A stretch of 59,924 bases of DNA, filler included, from Stramenopiles sp. TOSAG23-2 (GCA_900128395.1; 3 parts of 3 records of this genome joined end to end with filler, not necessarily neighbours in it), one strand, 5' to 3'. Positions 1 to 11,447 are shown, counted from the first letter of the whole stretch. A program made the numbers and translations. Notes: a model not told the origin generated them from the sequence alone.

Positions 1-1
1 A

Positions 2-1150
2 CATTTATCAGAAGATGTTGCAGGTGCAACGTTCATGGCAGCTGGTTCATCTGCACCTGAATTATTCACCTCGGTAATGGATACATTTTATTTTACAAAT
101 AATATTGGAATTGGTACAATTGTTGGCTCTGCTGTATTTAATATATTAGTAATTATAGCATTAGCAGCAGCTATGTCAACAAAAGATTTATTAATCGATT
201 GGAGACCTTTTTTAAGAGATTGTTGCTTTTATTCCATGTCAGTATTATTATTATTTATCTTTGTTACATCTGGACAATTTACATGGTGGCATTCTTTGCT
301 TTTAGTATTATTTTATGGCGTTTATGTATTATTTATGGTATTTAATGAGCGTTTATTGGCAAAATGTGGAGATGGAAAAGCAACAATTGATGGTGACGAT
401 GATGAAACAAGTAGTATTGTTAATGCAGATGCAGTGAAATTAGAAAGTGGTGATAATGACAATATTGCAAGTGATGCTAAAGAAAAAAAGCGAAAACAAC
501 CAATACCACATATGATGACTGTAACGGAAGATGATAATAAAGATGAAGAAGATGAAGAGAAAAGTTTATATGATAAATTTGTTGATATTTTATGTATCCC
601 ATGGACATTTGTATTTTCATATACAATACCAGATGCAGGTGAAACTAGTGAATACAAGAAATATTTCGTACTTACATTTATCATGAGTTTAGTATGGATA
701 ACTGGGTTATCATACATCTTATGTGATATGGTTGCAAGATTAGGATGTATGTGGGGTGTTCCAGCTTCTATTATGGGTTTAACTGTACTTGCTGCGGGAA
801 CAAGTGTACCAGATGCATTAGGTTCTATTGTAGCTGCACGTGAAGGCATGGGGGATATGGCAGTCTCTAACGCAATTGGTTCCAATGTTTTCGATATATG
901 TTTAGGCCTCGGCATACCATACTTAATTAAAACTGGTATTGTTGAAGGTGGTAAAGAAGTTATAGCTATAAGTCCAGAGAATGTACAAAAAATTATGCCA
1001 TCCATCTTAATATTAGCACTAACTTTATTTGGTACTGGTGGTATTATGATTTTAAATAAATGGAGATTGACGCAAAACGTGGGGAAATCTTTATTTGCTT
1101 TATATTTATGTTTTTTCATATATAATGTCATATTAGGTATCATTGGTTGA
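2..1150 (+). CDS. K+-dependent Na+/Ca2+ exchanger (NCKX/SLC24 family), 5'-partial
   Basis: Frame is open from base 2 (HLSEDVAGATFMAAGSSAPELF, alpha-1 repeat). Alpha-2 repeat GLTVLAAGTSVPD...GSNVFDI, many TM helices and an acidic central loop. Confidence 0.93.
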   Translation, partial: HLSEDVAGATFMAAGSSAPELFTSVMDTFYFTNNIGIGTIVGSAVFNILVIIALAAAMSTKDLLIDWRPFLRDCCFYSMSVLLLFIFVTSGQFTWWHSLLLVLFYGVYVLFMVFNERLLAKCGDGKATIDGDDDETSSIVNADAVKLESGDNDNIASDAKEKKRKQPIPHMMTVTEDDNKDEEDEEKSLYDKFVDILCIPWTFVFSYTIPDAGETSEYKKYFVLTFIMSLVWITGLSYILCDMVARLGCMWGVPASIMGLTVLAAGTSVPDALGSIVAAREGMGDMAVSNAIGSNVFDICLGLGIPYLIKTGIVEGGKEVIAISPENVQKIMPSILILALTLFGTGGIMILNKWRLTQNVGKSLFALYLCFFIYNVILGIIG

Positions 1151-1544
1151 AGAATTAAGAAAAAAAAAAAAAAAAGAGAGAAAAGGAGGAGGAGGAGGAG
1201 GAGATGTAATGATAATGATGTACACAATGTTTTGGTGAATCTTTTTGGAGAATCTACATTGTATATATGTATGTTCGAGAATATGTGTGTGTACGATGTA
1301 GGTATGATCTTTTGTTCACTTATTTATATGATATATATATGTGCAAATAATTTATATCATATCATAAAAAATTTAAAATTAAATTTATATGACATATTGA
1401 TATTTTTAAAACACACTCTTTCGTTTTTAAAAATATTTCTCTAGTTAAAAACTTATTTTTTTACATTTTATTTTTCAATAATAGAAATAAACGTTCTATA
1501 GTAATGGACAAAACGCTTGTACAGATTGACATTTGACAAATATT

Positions 1545-1964
1545 TTATGGACGACTACTACCACCTCGTTGTTGTTGACGTTGTTGCTCTATTTGTTTTT
1601 GTAATTCTTCATTTTGTTTTTTTAATCTTTCAATGTTTTCCTTTGCTGTTTTATATAAAATAGATATATTCCTTTCTAATGTCGCCTTATCGTCATTTGT
1701 TCTATCCAATAAATCACTAAGACGCTGATTTTCAAAATTCAAAGCTTGGCATTTACGCTCTAATGATACACATTTTGCTTCCGCTTTACGTAATTGCTGA
1801 CTTTCCGCAGATACATCAAGGTCTCCATATAAATCATTTGCATCAACTTGATATTCGTTTGATGATGTATTATTATTGTTGTTATTATTATTATCAGTAT
1901 TTCCTCCTCTAAATTTATCTAAAAATCCTTTTCCATATATTGCTTCAATATTATTTTCTTCCAT
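1545..1964 (-). CDS. Small coiled-coil protein resembling the FLASH/CASP8AP2 N-terminal domain
   Basis: DLYGDLD motif followed by coiled coil LERNISILYKTAKENIER. Start could be ATG 1964 or 2012. Confidence 0.55.
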   Translation of the reverse strand: MEENNIEAIYGKGFLDKFRGGNTDNNNNNNNNTSSNEYQVDANDLYGDLDVSAESQQLRKAEAKCVSLERKCQALNFENQRLSDLLDRTNDDKATLERNISILYKTAKENIERLKKQNEELQKQIEQQRQQQRGGSSRP

Positions 1965-2199
1965 GTTTGTTAGTTTGTTTGTTTTATTTTTGTTTATTTC
2001 GTATTTTGACATTTTTTTTTGTATTTGTTGTATTTGTATTATTTATTATTTATTATTTATTATTACCATATACATTTTGAATGGAAGAAAATGATGAACG
2101 AAAATAGTAGTAGTAGTACAGTCCGTGTAGAAAAATATTTTAAAAAAGCTATATACGAAAAAGTAAAGAAAGAACACACAAACAATAAAATAGTTTATA

Positions 2200-3056
2200 T
2201 TAAACAACTTTTACTACCATTAATGGAACTTCATTATTATCATCTTCCCAATCAAATTGTGAAAAAAACGTATGAATGTAATAAAAACTAATAGAGGTAA
2301 ACACATGCCAAAATGCATGTCCTTGTATTAAATGATCTTTTGGATTGCACCATCTACCTGTTAAATCTAAAAAACTACATGTTACACCAATTAATAAAAA
2401 AATCACAGCAATAACAAATGGACGACGATTCACTTTTGTTGTTGTTGTTGCTTCATCACTTTTTACACAACACCATAATGCAATTTCTAACGATAATGCC
2501 AATATTATATTGATAGCCATTATTAATTGAATTTTAATTTTATACAAGTCAGCAATGTATGTAATTAACATTTCAACCAATATAGCAATTAAAGCAACAT
2601 AATATTGTTGATGTTTGGTAAATATCTTTAGTCTTCGAAAATTCAATGTGATTGGTACAGCAATGTAAACATACATCTAATATATATATATATATGGAGT
2701 TGTTATGTTAGTATAAACGGATGTAAATATCTTATGTTACTCGAACTTACACCTAAATAATCAAAAAATTGGAAAAATTTTGTATACGACATATGATATG
2801 AAAACGAGCAAGCACCACAAATAATAGCTGCAACTCCCATTGTTCTTATTGTCCATGCAGTCTTCTTTCTTTTTCGTTCATAATTTCGTGCACCTTCAAT
2901 TAATATATACAAACCTACTATGATATATACTAAATTAGACCACGTATTTGCTGGTGTCGTAATGACTTGACATAAATTCTCTTCACACCACTTAATATTT
3001 GGTCGTGACCAGTTTGCCCATGGACAATGGGGTAACAAATCAGTTACTTCGTGCAT
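2200..3056 (-). CDS. Alkaline ceramidase-like (CREST superfamily) membrane hydrolase, 2 exons (3056-2751, 2676-2200)
   Basis: WCEEN..PANTWSN, SFSYH, D, HAFWH motifs. A 74-nt intron 2750-2677 (GTAAGT...TTAG) joins DYLG|MYVY in frame. Confidence 0.88.
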
Positions 3057-3924
3057 AGATGATAAATGAATTAATATAGATTAAATTAAACCTACTATAA
3101 TATATATACTAAATTAGACCATGTATTTGCTGGTGTTGTAATGACTTGACATAAATTCTCTTCACACCACTTAATATTTATAGACTAAATTAATCTCGTT
3201 TTTGATGTTAATTAGATAGTTGTTCAAAATCTGGACTAGTCGAGAGTCTTTTATTTCTTCATCGTACAGTATTATAACAAAAAATAATAAACAATGCCAG
3301 AATTATTTATTAGAAAATGTCAACAAAACAACAAAAGCACAAAACAACAAAAATACCTGGTAAAATGATGATGACAAAAAAGAAGAGGATTTTGAAAAAA
3401 AATTGTTGTGAAAAAGTACCACTTATATAGGGAAAATCAAGGTAATAATACATTTTAGTATAAGATATTTTAATACCAGTGTGGTTACCTCGAAGACGGA
3501 GTACAGATGGTAAGCGAAGAGGCGAGGATCTCGACTACCACCGGTACCGGTAGTGGTTACCCGCATACAGCATTATTGCATTATTCATCACAGACATCAT
3601 CACCACATACTATTTATTTTTTAATACATAATAATAATACTTTTTTTAACTTTAGAACAAAAAAAATAAACACTATAGAAATAGAAAAAAGAAACTTGAA
3701 TAAATAGTCTAAGAAAGAATAACATATTGTTGAAAGTAAATGATACAAAAAGCACCAACATATATTATTCAAGAACTGTAGCAATCATAGTATATATATA
3801 AGTTTGCATTATTGGGTGAACGAACAATTGTTCATTATTGTAACAAGTTATTATTTATATATAATATAATTTCCTCCGCCAATCGGCATTCTTACGATTG
3901 TGGAAGAAACTACCAAAAAAAAAG

Positions 3925-6900
3925 ATGTCCCGACAAGATAATAAATTATATAGCTTGTGCTATACATGCTTGATTATTTTTACAATGATCGATTGTAATG
4001 ACGCTTTGTGTGCAGGTTTAGATGAGACTGCATGTGGGAGTGCGAGTGGATGTGCGTGGTCTACCCAAAATATTGAAATAGATGGCGGCCCGTTAACCAT
4101 CGGAGGGTGCTTATCTACAGCATGCGAGGCACATTCAGACGATGAGACTACGTGTAAAAGTACGTCTGATTGCTCATGGACAGATAGGCAACATACTGGC
4201 CCCCAAGGTTTGGAGCATAAATCTTATCAAAGTTATAAATGCTCGGAATTAGTTACTTGTCCTACTAGTGGCTGTACTTACGAAAGTCTTGGATGCTTTC
4301 TTGCTGATCAAATAAGGGATTTACAGGGGGGAAGCTCCGGATTTTTAGTTGCTGACAATTATTTACTTTGTAATTTTCAGTTTGATAATGGGGGAACTGC
4401 AGTCCCAAGTGGTCCATTATATATAACAAATTTACCATCCACAACGAAAGCTTTTCTGTGCCATGGCTGTCAAATAACATCGATCGACAAACGCACTTTC
4501 CAGAACAAGAATAATTTACTAGTAATTGATCTTGAAAACACTAATGTTGCATTTTTAGATTCTGAGGTTATACCAATAGCAGTGAGAACATTGGGCCTTT
4601 CTAATTCTCCTGCTATGACCATCTCAACTTGTCCATCTGGATACATTTACAAGAACCAAATGACACGTGGCGGGACAACGTTCTACCCATGTGACCCCTG
4701 CACACGACCATCCGGTCTCGCCTCCGACAAAGCATTTGCATGTGAAACCGACGGAGTTGGACACATCCCACGCATATGCGATCGTGGATACCGTTGCAAT
4801 ACAACCACCAATATCGCAAATGCATGCCCTGCTGGTACGTCCGATTATCGCCAAGGTATAAGCTCCGATACAATATGCCCACCATGCCCAAAAGGATACT
4901 TTAACCCACTAACTGCTCAAACATTTTGCCCGTTTCAATGTCCTCCCGGAACATATGGACTTTATGAAGGTGCAACAAACGATACCGCATGCGGTGATTG
5001 CCCAAAAGGTCATTACTGTGCAGGAAATGCAGTCGTAAATCCAGAACCATGCCCCGCCGGTACCTATCGTACAACCACATCCGCAAAAAGTTTATCTGAA
5101 TGCATTTCTTGCACAGCTGGTAAATATTCTAATACAATTGGTGCATTCAATACAAATACATGTTTAGATTGCCCGACATCAAGACCAACAAGTCCTGTAG
5201 GTGCATCTAGTGAATCACAATGTACTGGTGTAGCAGTATGCTCAAGACCAAGCGGCCTCAGTTCCGACTTGGAATATGCATGTTCAAAAGATGGAACCAC
5301 CTTCACTCCAAGAGTGTGTGATCGTGGTCATCGATGCAATCCAACTACTCATGCACTTATCGAATGTCCAAGTGGCACTTCAGATTATCGTGAAGGTCAA
5401 AGTACAACAAGTGAATGCCCAAAATGTGCAAAAGGATATTTCAATCCATTAACTGCACAAACGATTTGCCCATTTACGTGTAGTCCAGGTACATATGGTG
5501 TGATGGAAGGCGGTACAAATGAAACAGCTTGTATAACCTGTCCAAAAGGTAAATATTGTGCAGGAAATGCAGTCGTAAATCCAGAACCATGTCCAGCTGG
5601 AACTTACCTTGAGACGGAAGGCGCATCTTCTCAATCAGCATGTATTGAATGTAGTTTAAATACATACTCACCAAGCGTAGGTGCAATTTCAAGTACTACA
5701 TGTACATCTTGCCCTGCGGACCGACCAAATTCTCCGCAAGGATCTAAAGGTGAATCAGAATGTGTGAATACATTAGTGTGTGCTAATGATGAACAAATAT
5801 CTTCAGATGGAACGAAATGCGTTAAAGCATGTGCATTTGGTAACTATTCTGATGCTTCTACAGGTCAATGTGAGCAATGCCCAGTCGGTACGTTTAATAG
5901 AAATGGATTTGCTGCTGCATGTGAAACCTGTGAGTTTGGTACTGAAGGCAAAGAAGGTGGACTTTCATCATGTTCTGATTGTACTACTCCATCACACTGT
6001 CCAGTGGGAACAGTAAAAGAATTGACAGCCTTAGAAGTAAATATTCGCAATGGCAATGGGAAACGAATAAACAATACAGAAGCGAACGCGAAACCAGTTA
6101 GTCATTGCAACAAAGAATTAGAAGAACTTGACTTTCTGATATACCTGATAATCAGCTTTAGTGTGTTAATAATTCTTTTACATGAAGTTTGGATAACGAT
6201 GTTGCTTAAATGCATTTCTTGGTGCAAAAAATGTGGAGTGTCAGGACATAAAGTATTAAATCGTTTAGATCAATTAAACACCGAGTGGGGACATTGGGAA
6301 GGAGAAGGCAACAATCAAGTGATAAAACCACCAGAACCATCACATTTTGGAGTTGCATATACAGCTGCATTTCTCCCTATTGCATTTTATACGATCTATC
6401 AATTGGTGGTGGCAAATAATCCAATTTGTACTGCTGGTTTACAAGTTTTGAGCACAAATCGAGCAAATGGAACCATGAAGTGGACAATTGAATTACCAAC
6501 AATAGGAAAAATAAGCAAATCACGTCCTATTATCGATACTTCAAGGATTGCAGGATTTTCTACAGCATCGGCAAAACCTAAGATTGTGGATCCTGAAGAT
6601 AATATAAATGCTGTTGTAGTGATGTGTGAAAAATGCAAGTTAGATGCAGAAAACGAACTTTATTTTAATATTCCATATATAGCACAGGTTGCTAAAATTA
6701 CATATGAGGCTCCTGTAGCTGCACCTGGCGAACCACCACAAACATCATGGGCTATAGTTCGTCCAACAAATGGTTCATGGGTATTTAATGATAATGCAGA
6801 AATCATTCAAAATTTTCAAGCACGAGAATCATTTTTTCAAGATAAAACTATTGGACGATTACAAGGTGTTAAAGTAGGTGATACTGGTGAGCAAGCACAT

Positions 6901-7407
6901 AGCGGGTTTGTTATACAAGCTGAACCACCAAGCTCTACTATAAACATGGAAAGCAAAAGTGCAACATATAAACCGAATTCACAGTGGGTGTTACGAATTA
7001 GAATATTGCGAGCAGAAACTATGCAGTATGTTGAAAAGGCCCACTTGCAAGATTCAGTTCAATTATTTTTTGCTGTCGTTGCTGGTGTGACTGGTATATT
7101 TGGAATATGGGTTGGTATATTTTATGGTTGGGCTGTAATTGTATATGATTGGCTGTGTACCAAGGTTTGTAAAAGAAAGAGTAAAAAGAAGGAACAAGTT
7201 GCCAAAAATGGTAGTAAAATAAATCCAGGAGGGACAATATTATTTAATGATATGAAAACGGAAATTCAACAATTAAAATATGAAATGCAACAGCTTCGTA
7301 ATGAGATGCGAAATAGCATTAATAATAATAATACGAAGCAACAAAAAAAAGAAACAGAAATAGAATTAGTAGCTATTGAAGCAGAAAAAGCAAAGGCTAG
7401 TATTTAA
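3925..7407 (+). CDS. Large Cys-rich membrane/surface protein with GCC2/GCC3 (ephrin-receptor-like) repeats
   Basis: N-terminal hydrophobic signal, short LRR-like stretch, many CxxCPxGxY repeats (two about 180-aa internal paralogous modules), three C-terminal hydrophobic helices, coiled-coil tail. First ATG is at 3925. Confidence 0.8.
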   Translation: MSRQDNKLYSLCYTCLIIFTMIDCNDALCAGLDETACGSASGCAWSTQNIEIDGGPLTIGGCLSTACEAHSDDETTCKSTSDCSWTDRQHTGPQGLEHKSYQSYKCSELVTCPTSGCTYESLGCFLADQIRDLQGGSSGFLVADNYLLCNFQFDNGGTAVPSGPLYITNLPSTTKAFLCHGCQITSIDKRTFQNKNNLLVIDLENTNVAFLDSEVIPIAVRTLGLSNSPAMTISTCPSGYIYKNQMTRGGTTFYPCDPCTRPSGLASDKAFACETDGVGHIPRICDRGYRCNTTTNIANACPAGTSDYRQGISSDTICPPCPKGYFNPLTAQTFCPFQCPPGTYGLYEGATNDTACGDCPKGHYCAGNAVVNPEPCPAGTYRTTTSAKSLSECISCTAGKYSNTIGAFNTNTCLDCPTSRPTSPVGASSESQCTGVAVCSRPSGLSSDLEYACSKDGTTFTPRVCDRGHRCNPTTHALIECPSGTSDYREGQSTTSECPKCAKGYFNPLTAQTICPFTCSPGTYGVMEGGTNETACITCPKGKYCAGNAVVNPEPCPAGTYLETEGASSQSACIECSLNTYSPSVGAISSTTCTSCPADRPNSPQGSKGESECVNTLVCANDEQISSDGTKCVKACAFGNYSDASTGQCEQCPVGTFNRNGFAAACETCEFGTEGKEGGLSSCSDCTTPSHCPVGTVKELTALEVNIRNGNGKRINNTEANAKPVSHCNKELEELDFLIYLIISFSVLIILLHEVWITMLLKCISWCKKCGVSGHKVLNRLDQLNTEWGHWEGEGNNQVIKPPEPSHFGVAYTAAFLPIAFYTIYQLVVANNPICTAGLQVLSTNRANGTMKWTIELPTIGKISKSRPIIDTSRIAGFSTASAKPKIVDPEDNINAVVVMCEKCKLDAENELYFNIPYIAQVAKITYEAPVAAPGEPPQTSWAIVRPTNGSWVFNDNAEIIQNFQARESFFQDKTIGRLQGVKVGDTGEQAHSGFVIQAEPPSSTINMESKSATYKPNSQWVLRIRILRAETMQYVEKAHLQDSVQLFFAVVAGVTGIFGIWVGIFYGWAVIVYDWLCTKVCKRKSKKKEQVAKNGSKINPGGTILFNDMKTEIQQLKYEMQQLRNEMRNSINNNNTKQQKKETEIELVAIEAEKAKASI

Positions 7408-7556
7408 AAAAAAAAAAAGTGTGTGTGTGTGCCAATAAACTTTTAAGCACATACGTTTTCGATTTTTTCCTCCTTTTCCTATCAAATATTTTTCATATAC
7501 TTTTAGACTATAAAAGACTATTAATTTATTGACTCATCATGGATAACACAAAATCG

Positions 7557-7790
7557 TTAATAATATATATATAGATTTCAAATATCAATATTATAAATAA
7601 TCACATCACATGACTTAGACATTACATGTCACATTATCAACATAATTACATATACCAACAACATAGTGCACATTAATAATATATATATAGATTTCAAATA
7701 TCAATATTATAAATAATCACATCACATGACTTAGACATTACATGTCACATTATCAACATAATTACATATACAACAACATAGTGCACATTA
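7557..7790. repeat. Tandem duplication, 116-bp unit x2
   Basis: 7557-7672 is repeated from 7673 with a 1-nt indel (tataccaac vs tatacaac). Confidence 0.9.
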
Positions 7791-8236
7791 CATATATCTC
7801 CACATTTCATTATATCAAACGATAGAAACCTACGTATCAAAAATATAACCATGGAAATTGTCTTGACACCATCGGAATTGTATCAAGTAAATAGTATCCA
7901 ATCGAAAAATACAATACACTACTCGCGCCTTTCTTCAATCATACAATTTTTACATTAATTTATTTTACAATAATTCTATATTTGTACATGAAATCTCTCT
8001 GTCTCTCTCTTCTTTATTGCACTATTCGAATTGATTTATTTTTATTTAAATACCTAATTTTGCACACATGTGCACATGTGCACATTTTTGCCAGAGGACG
8101 ACTCCTGTTTTTGCACGCTTCTTTGTACAACAATTTTTATTTAAGGTCAAAACAATTTTTTTTTTCTTCACTAAAAAAGATATGCCGAAAAATTATTCAA
8201 ATAGAAACACAAATAGATATATTCGTAGGTTGCGTA

Positions 8237-8287
<51 letters not shown>
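8237..8287. repeat. (ATCT)n microsatellite just upstream of the PPT start codon
   Basis: About 12 perfect ATCT units. Confidence 0.95.
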
Positions 8288-8300
8288 ACATATATACATC

Positions 8301-9215
8301 ATGAATATGGTATCATTACATATCATTGTATATAAATTTGTTCTTCTTTTTCTTTTTCCTATCCTTCATCATGCATATAAACCAGTTATCATGATGCATG
8401 GTGTTGGCAGTGATGCAGGTGAAATGTCAACAATAGCTGCTTTACTTAATGAAACACATCCAGGTACTATTGTTACTTCACTTCCTCTTTATGAAGGTAA
8501 ACCTGCAAGTTGGGATCATGATTTAAACATACAAGTGAAAGGTGTTATGAATGCCATTCGTAAATTAGTTGCAGATGATCCAATTGCTTACGCGAATGGT
8601 TACCATTTGGTATGTAAATCACAAGGGGGATTAATTTGTCGCTGTGTAATTGAACAAATGGATGACCATAAAGTCGATACTTTTGTAAGTTTAGCTGGAC
8701 CACAAGAAGGTGTCTTTGGGACTGCATATTTTGAATCGTTAAAAAAGTATGGTTTACCAGAATGGTTGATAAAAGGTGGAACCGATCTCATGTATTTAGT
8801 GGCATATAATTTTTTAGGACAAAAAATATCCGTGGCGAATATCTGGCGTGATCCATATCATTTATCTGAATTCTATAGAGGTAATGAATTTTTGCCTCGT
8901 TATACTAGTAATGCGACACCTGCAATGAAAGCAAATTTCATACGATTGAAACAAGCCGTATTTTGTGTAGGTAGTGGTAAACCGTACGATGGTGGTATTG
9001 AACCATGGCAAACAGGAGCATGGGGAAGTTATGATTCATCTGGATACATGGTTAATATGACAAATCAAAGCTTTTATGTAGCAGACACGTTTGGATTAAA
9101 AACATTAGATACAACTGGTCGATTAAATTTAACGATCGTACCTGGTGTAAGTCATGATGATTGGACTGGAAACGTGGATATTATTAAAAAATATGTTTTG
9201 CCACGTTGCACATGA
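8301..9215 (+). CDS. Palmitoyl-protein thioesterase (PPT2-like lysosomal thioesterase)
   Basis: Signal peptide, YKPVIMMHGV, nucleophile VCKSQGG, FVSLAGPQEG, WRDP, DGGIEPWQ, VSHDDW (Ser-Asp-His triad). Confidence 0.9.
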   Translation: MNMVSLHIIVYKFVLLFLFPILHHAYKPVIMMHGVGSDAGEMSTIAALLNETHPGTIVTSLPLYEGKPASWDHDLNIQVKGVMNAIRKLVADDPIAYANGYHLVCKSQGGLICRCVIEQMDDHKVDTFVSLAGPQEGVFGTAYFESLKKYGLPEWLIKGGTDLMYLVAYNFLGQKISVANIWRDPYHLSEFYRGNEFLPRYTSNATPAMKANFIRLKQAVFCVGSGKPYDGGIEPWQTGAWGSYDSSGYMVNMTNQSFYVADTFGLKTLDTTGRLNLTIVPGVSHDDWTGNVDIIKKYVLPRCT

Positions 9216-9344
9216 TGAATATTCTCTTCTGAATTTGTGAGATTAAATGCGATTTTACGCCTTGACAATATAGATAGTGTATAATATTTTTTTTAAGAAA
9301 ACTTAATATATTTTTTTTATTAAAGAAGTACGGTGTGTAAATCT

Positions 9345-10748
9345 CTACACACACCTCTCATCAATAGTTGAATAATTATTAATTGGACTATTATTTTCAT
9401 TTAATATATCTCGAAAACGATTTGCTTTTTCAGGTGATAATCTACTTTTAACAGGAGAAAACATTTTTCTAATTGGTGATCTACCATTATTTTTCACTGG
9501 TGATCTTGTTATTTTAATAGGTGATCTATTTTTCAATGGTGATAACGATCTGCGAAATGGCGAACGTTGTTGAGCTGTTATTTCTATATTATTTTCAGCA
9601 TTTTGGTTTTCCTGAGAATGTGTTACTAGAGGAGATTCTGGACCAACTACTACTATTGTACCATTTTCTTGAAATTGTTGAAATGAATCTGCAGAAAGAT
9701 TATTATTTTTGATTATAGTTTTCAAATATTTAGCATATTTTTTCCATTTTTTCGTTTGTTGTGGTGTTCTAGATAAATTGGCAATATTATCATCTTTCTC
9801 AACCATCGGTCTTTCCTGTTTTCTAATATTATTAAGAACACTAGAAGAAGATCTCATTGGTGATAATGGCGATGCCGATGGTGATGATGTAGAAGAAGAT
9901 GATGAAGATGATGAAGTATCTGTTAAACATGGTAATTCATCGCGGCGTCGTAACATTGTGCTTCTTGTACGTTTCGCTAAATTATGATATTTCACTATTG
10001 ATTTTTTCCGTTTTTTAAATCGTGTGACTTGACTAGGTGCAAGTCCGTCTTTGTTTAATATAGTTGTATCAGCACCAGAGTGTATTAAAAAATCAATAAC
10101 TTTCTTTTTATCGAAAAAATATGCCATATGTAATGGAGTATTTCCCTTTACCGTCAACGCATTGATGACATTTTTGTTGTTGTTATTATTGTTATTAGTT
10201 GTATCGTCATCATTATTATTATTGTTGTTGTTGTTGTTGTTATTGTAATAGTTTAATAATGCAGAGACTACTTTTACATGACCATTTGCAGCAGCTAAAT
10301 GTATAGGTGTCGATCCATAATTATTTCTAAATATGATAGAAGAATTGGTTTCCATCAAATATGTTACTAAGTCAATATGTCCAAAATTTGCAGCAAGATG
10401 CAAGGCAGTATCACCATGTTTATTTCGTGCTCTTATATCAATATTATTATCTACTAATACTTTTGTAATACTTAAATAACCAGCACTACACGCAACGTGT
10501 AATGATGTTGCCCCATCGTCTTTTTTAGCATTTATATTTGCACCACATTCAATTAATGTTTTCAACGCAGCGGCTTGTTTATTTCTGGCAGCAAGATGTA
10601 AATAGGTCCATTTACCTTTCAACGAACGATGAATATTAGCACCTTTTTCTATCGCTAAATGTATTTCATTAACTTTTCCTTTCAACGTAGCCTTTCTCAA
10701 TTCCAAATCCCAATTAACTTTTATTGTAGTAGTATTGCTTAATGACAT
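9345..10748 (-). CDS. Ankyrin repeat protein with Ser/Pro-rich disordered C-terminus
   Basis: About 6 repeats of G-x-T-[APS]-LHLA type. The tail has many SP/SPxK sites. Likely start MSLS at 10748. Confidence 0.85.
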   Translation of the reverse strand: MSLSNTTTIKVNWDLELRKATLKGKVNEIHLAIEKGANIHRSLKGKWTYLHLAARNKQAAALKTLIECGANINAKKDDGATSLHVACSAGYLSITKVLVDNNIDIRARNKHGDTALHLAANFGHIDLVTYLMETNSSIIFRNNYGSTPIHLAAANGHVKVVSALLNYYNNNNNNNNNNNDDDTTNNNNNNNKNVINALTVKGNTPLHMAYFFDKKKVIDFLIHSGADTTILNKDGLAPSQVTRFKKRKKSIVKYHNLAKRTRSTMLRRRDELPCLTDTSSSSSSSSTSSPSASPLSPMRSSSSVLNNIRKQERPMVEKDDNIANLSRTPQQTKKWKKYAKYLKTIIKNNNLSADSFQQFQENGTIVVVGPESPLVTHSQENQNAENNIEITAQQRSPFRRSLSPLKNRSPIKITRSPVKNNGRSPIRKMFSPVKSRLSPEKANRFRDILNENNSPINNYSTIDERCV

Positions 10749-10992
10749 CTTCGCGATGGTATTGATCCGTTGGCGAAAAGGTTGTGATATATACTTTTGT
10801 TTATATAGACTATATATACATATATAATGACTTTGGTTGTTTGTATGTGTATATATGTATATTGTATTGTACAGAATATTATTGTCTTTGAAAAGTGATT
10901 GATGTTTCCAACCAGCTAATGGTGTGTCTATGTAAAGGCTGTCCATCAACACGAATGTAAAACGCTTTTTTTTGACTATTTACTTGACCTGC

Positions 10993-11140
10993 NNNNNNNN
11001 NNNNNNNNNNNNNNNNNNNNNNNNNNNNNNNNNNNNNNNNNNNNNNNNNNNNNNNNNNNNNNNNNNNNNNNNNNNNNNNNNNNNNNNNNNNNNNNNNNNN
11101 NNNNNNNNNNNNNNNNNNNNNNNNNNNNNNNNNNNNNNNN
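10993..11140. other. Assembly gap (148 N)
   Basis: Run of N. Confidence 1.
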
Positions 11141-11447
11141 AGTCTGGGTTTACCCAGTATGATAATACCATTGATATTAGTGCTGTGTAGTCGTAAACTA
11201 TATAAGTTGATTCTATATATATCAATTTTTTACATTAAATTTTATAAACACACCACAAACATATATTATATCTTTTGTACAAATAACATATATCATACAT
11301 ATAATAATTTTGAAGCTGATTTTGATTATGTTCTTTTCCATCAATGACATTCATACAAATATCATATGTAAAGAAAGTTCCATATCTTATCCAACATTAC
11401 ACACACAAAACATATACATATATATATATATATATATAAGTACAACT

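Noticed and set aside
322-1227. 301-aa antisense ORF, and the many other short or antisense ORFs overlapping called genes
   Set aside because: Shadows of real CDSs or low-complexity translation with no motifs.
10749-10952. Longer N-terminus of the ankyrin ORF
   Set aside because: Translates AT/CA-repeat UTR-like sequence; start moved to 10748.
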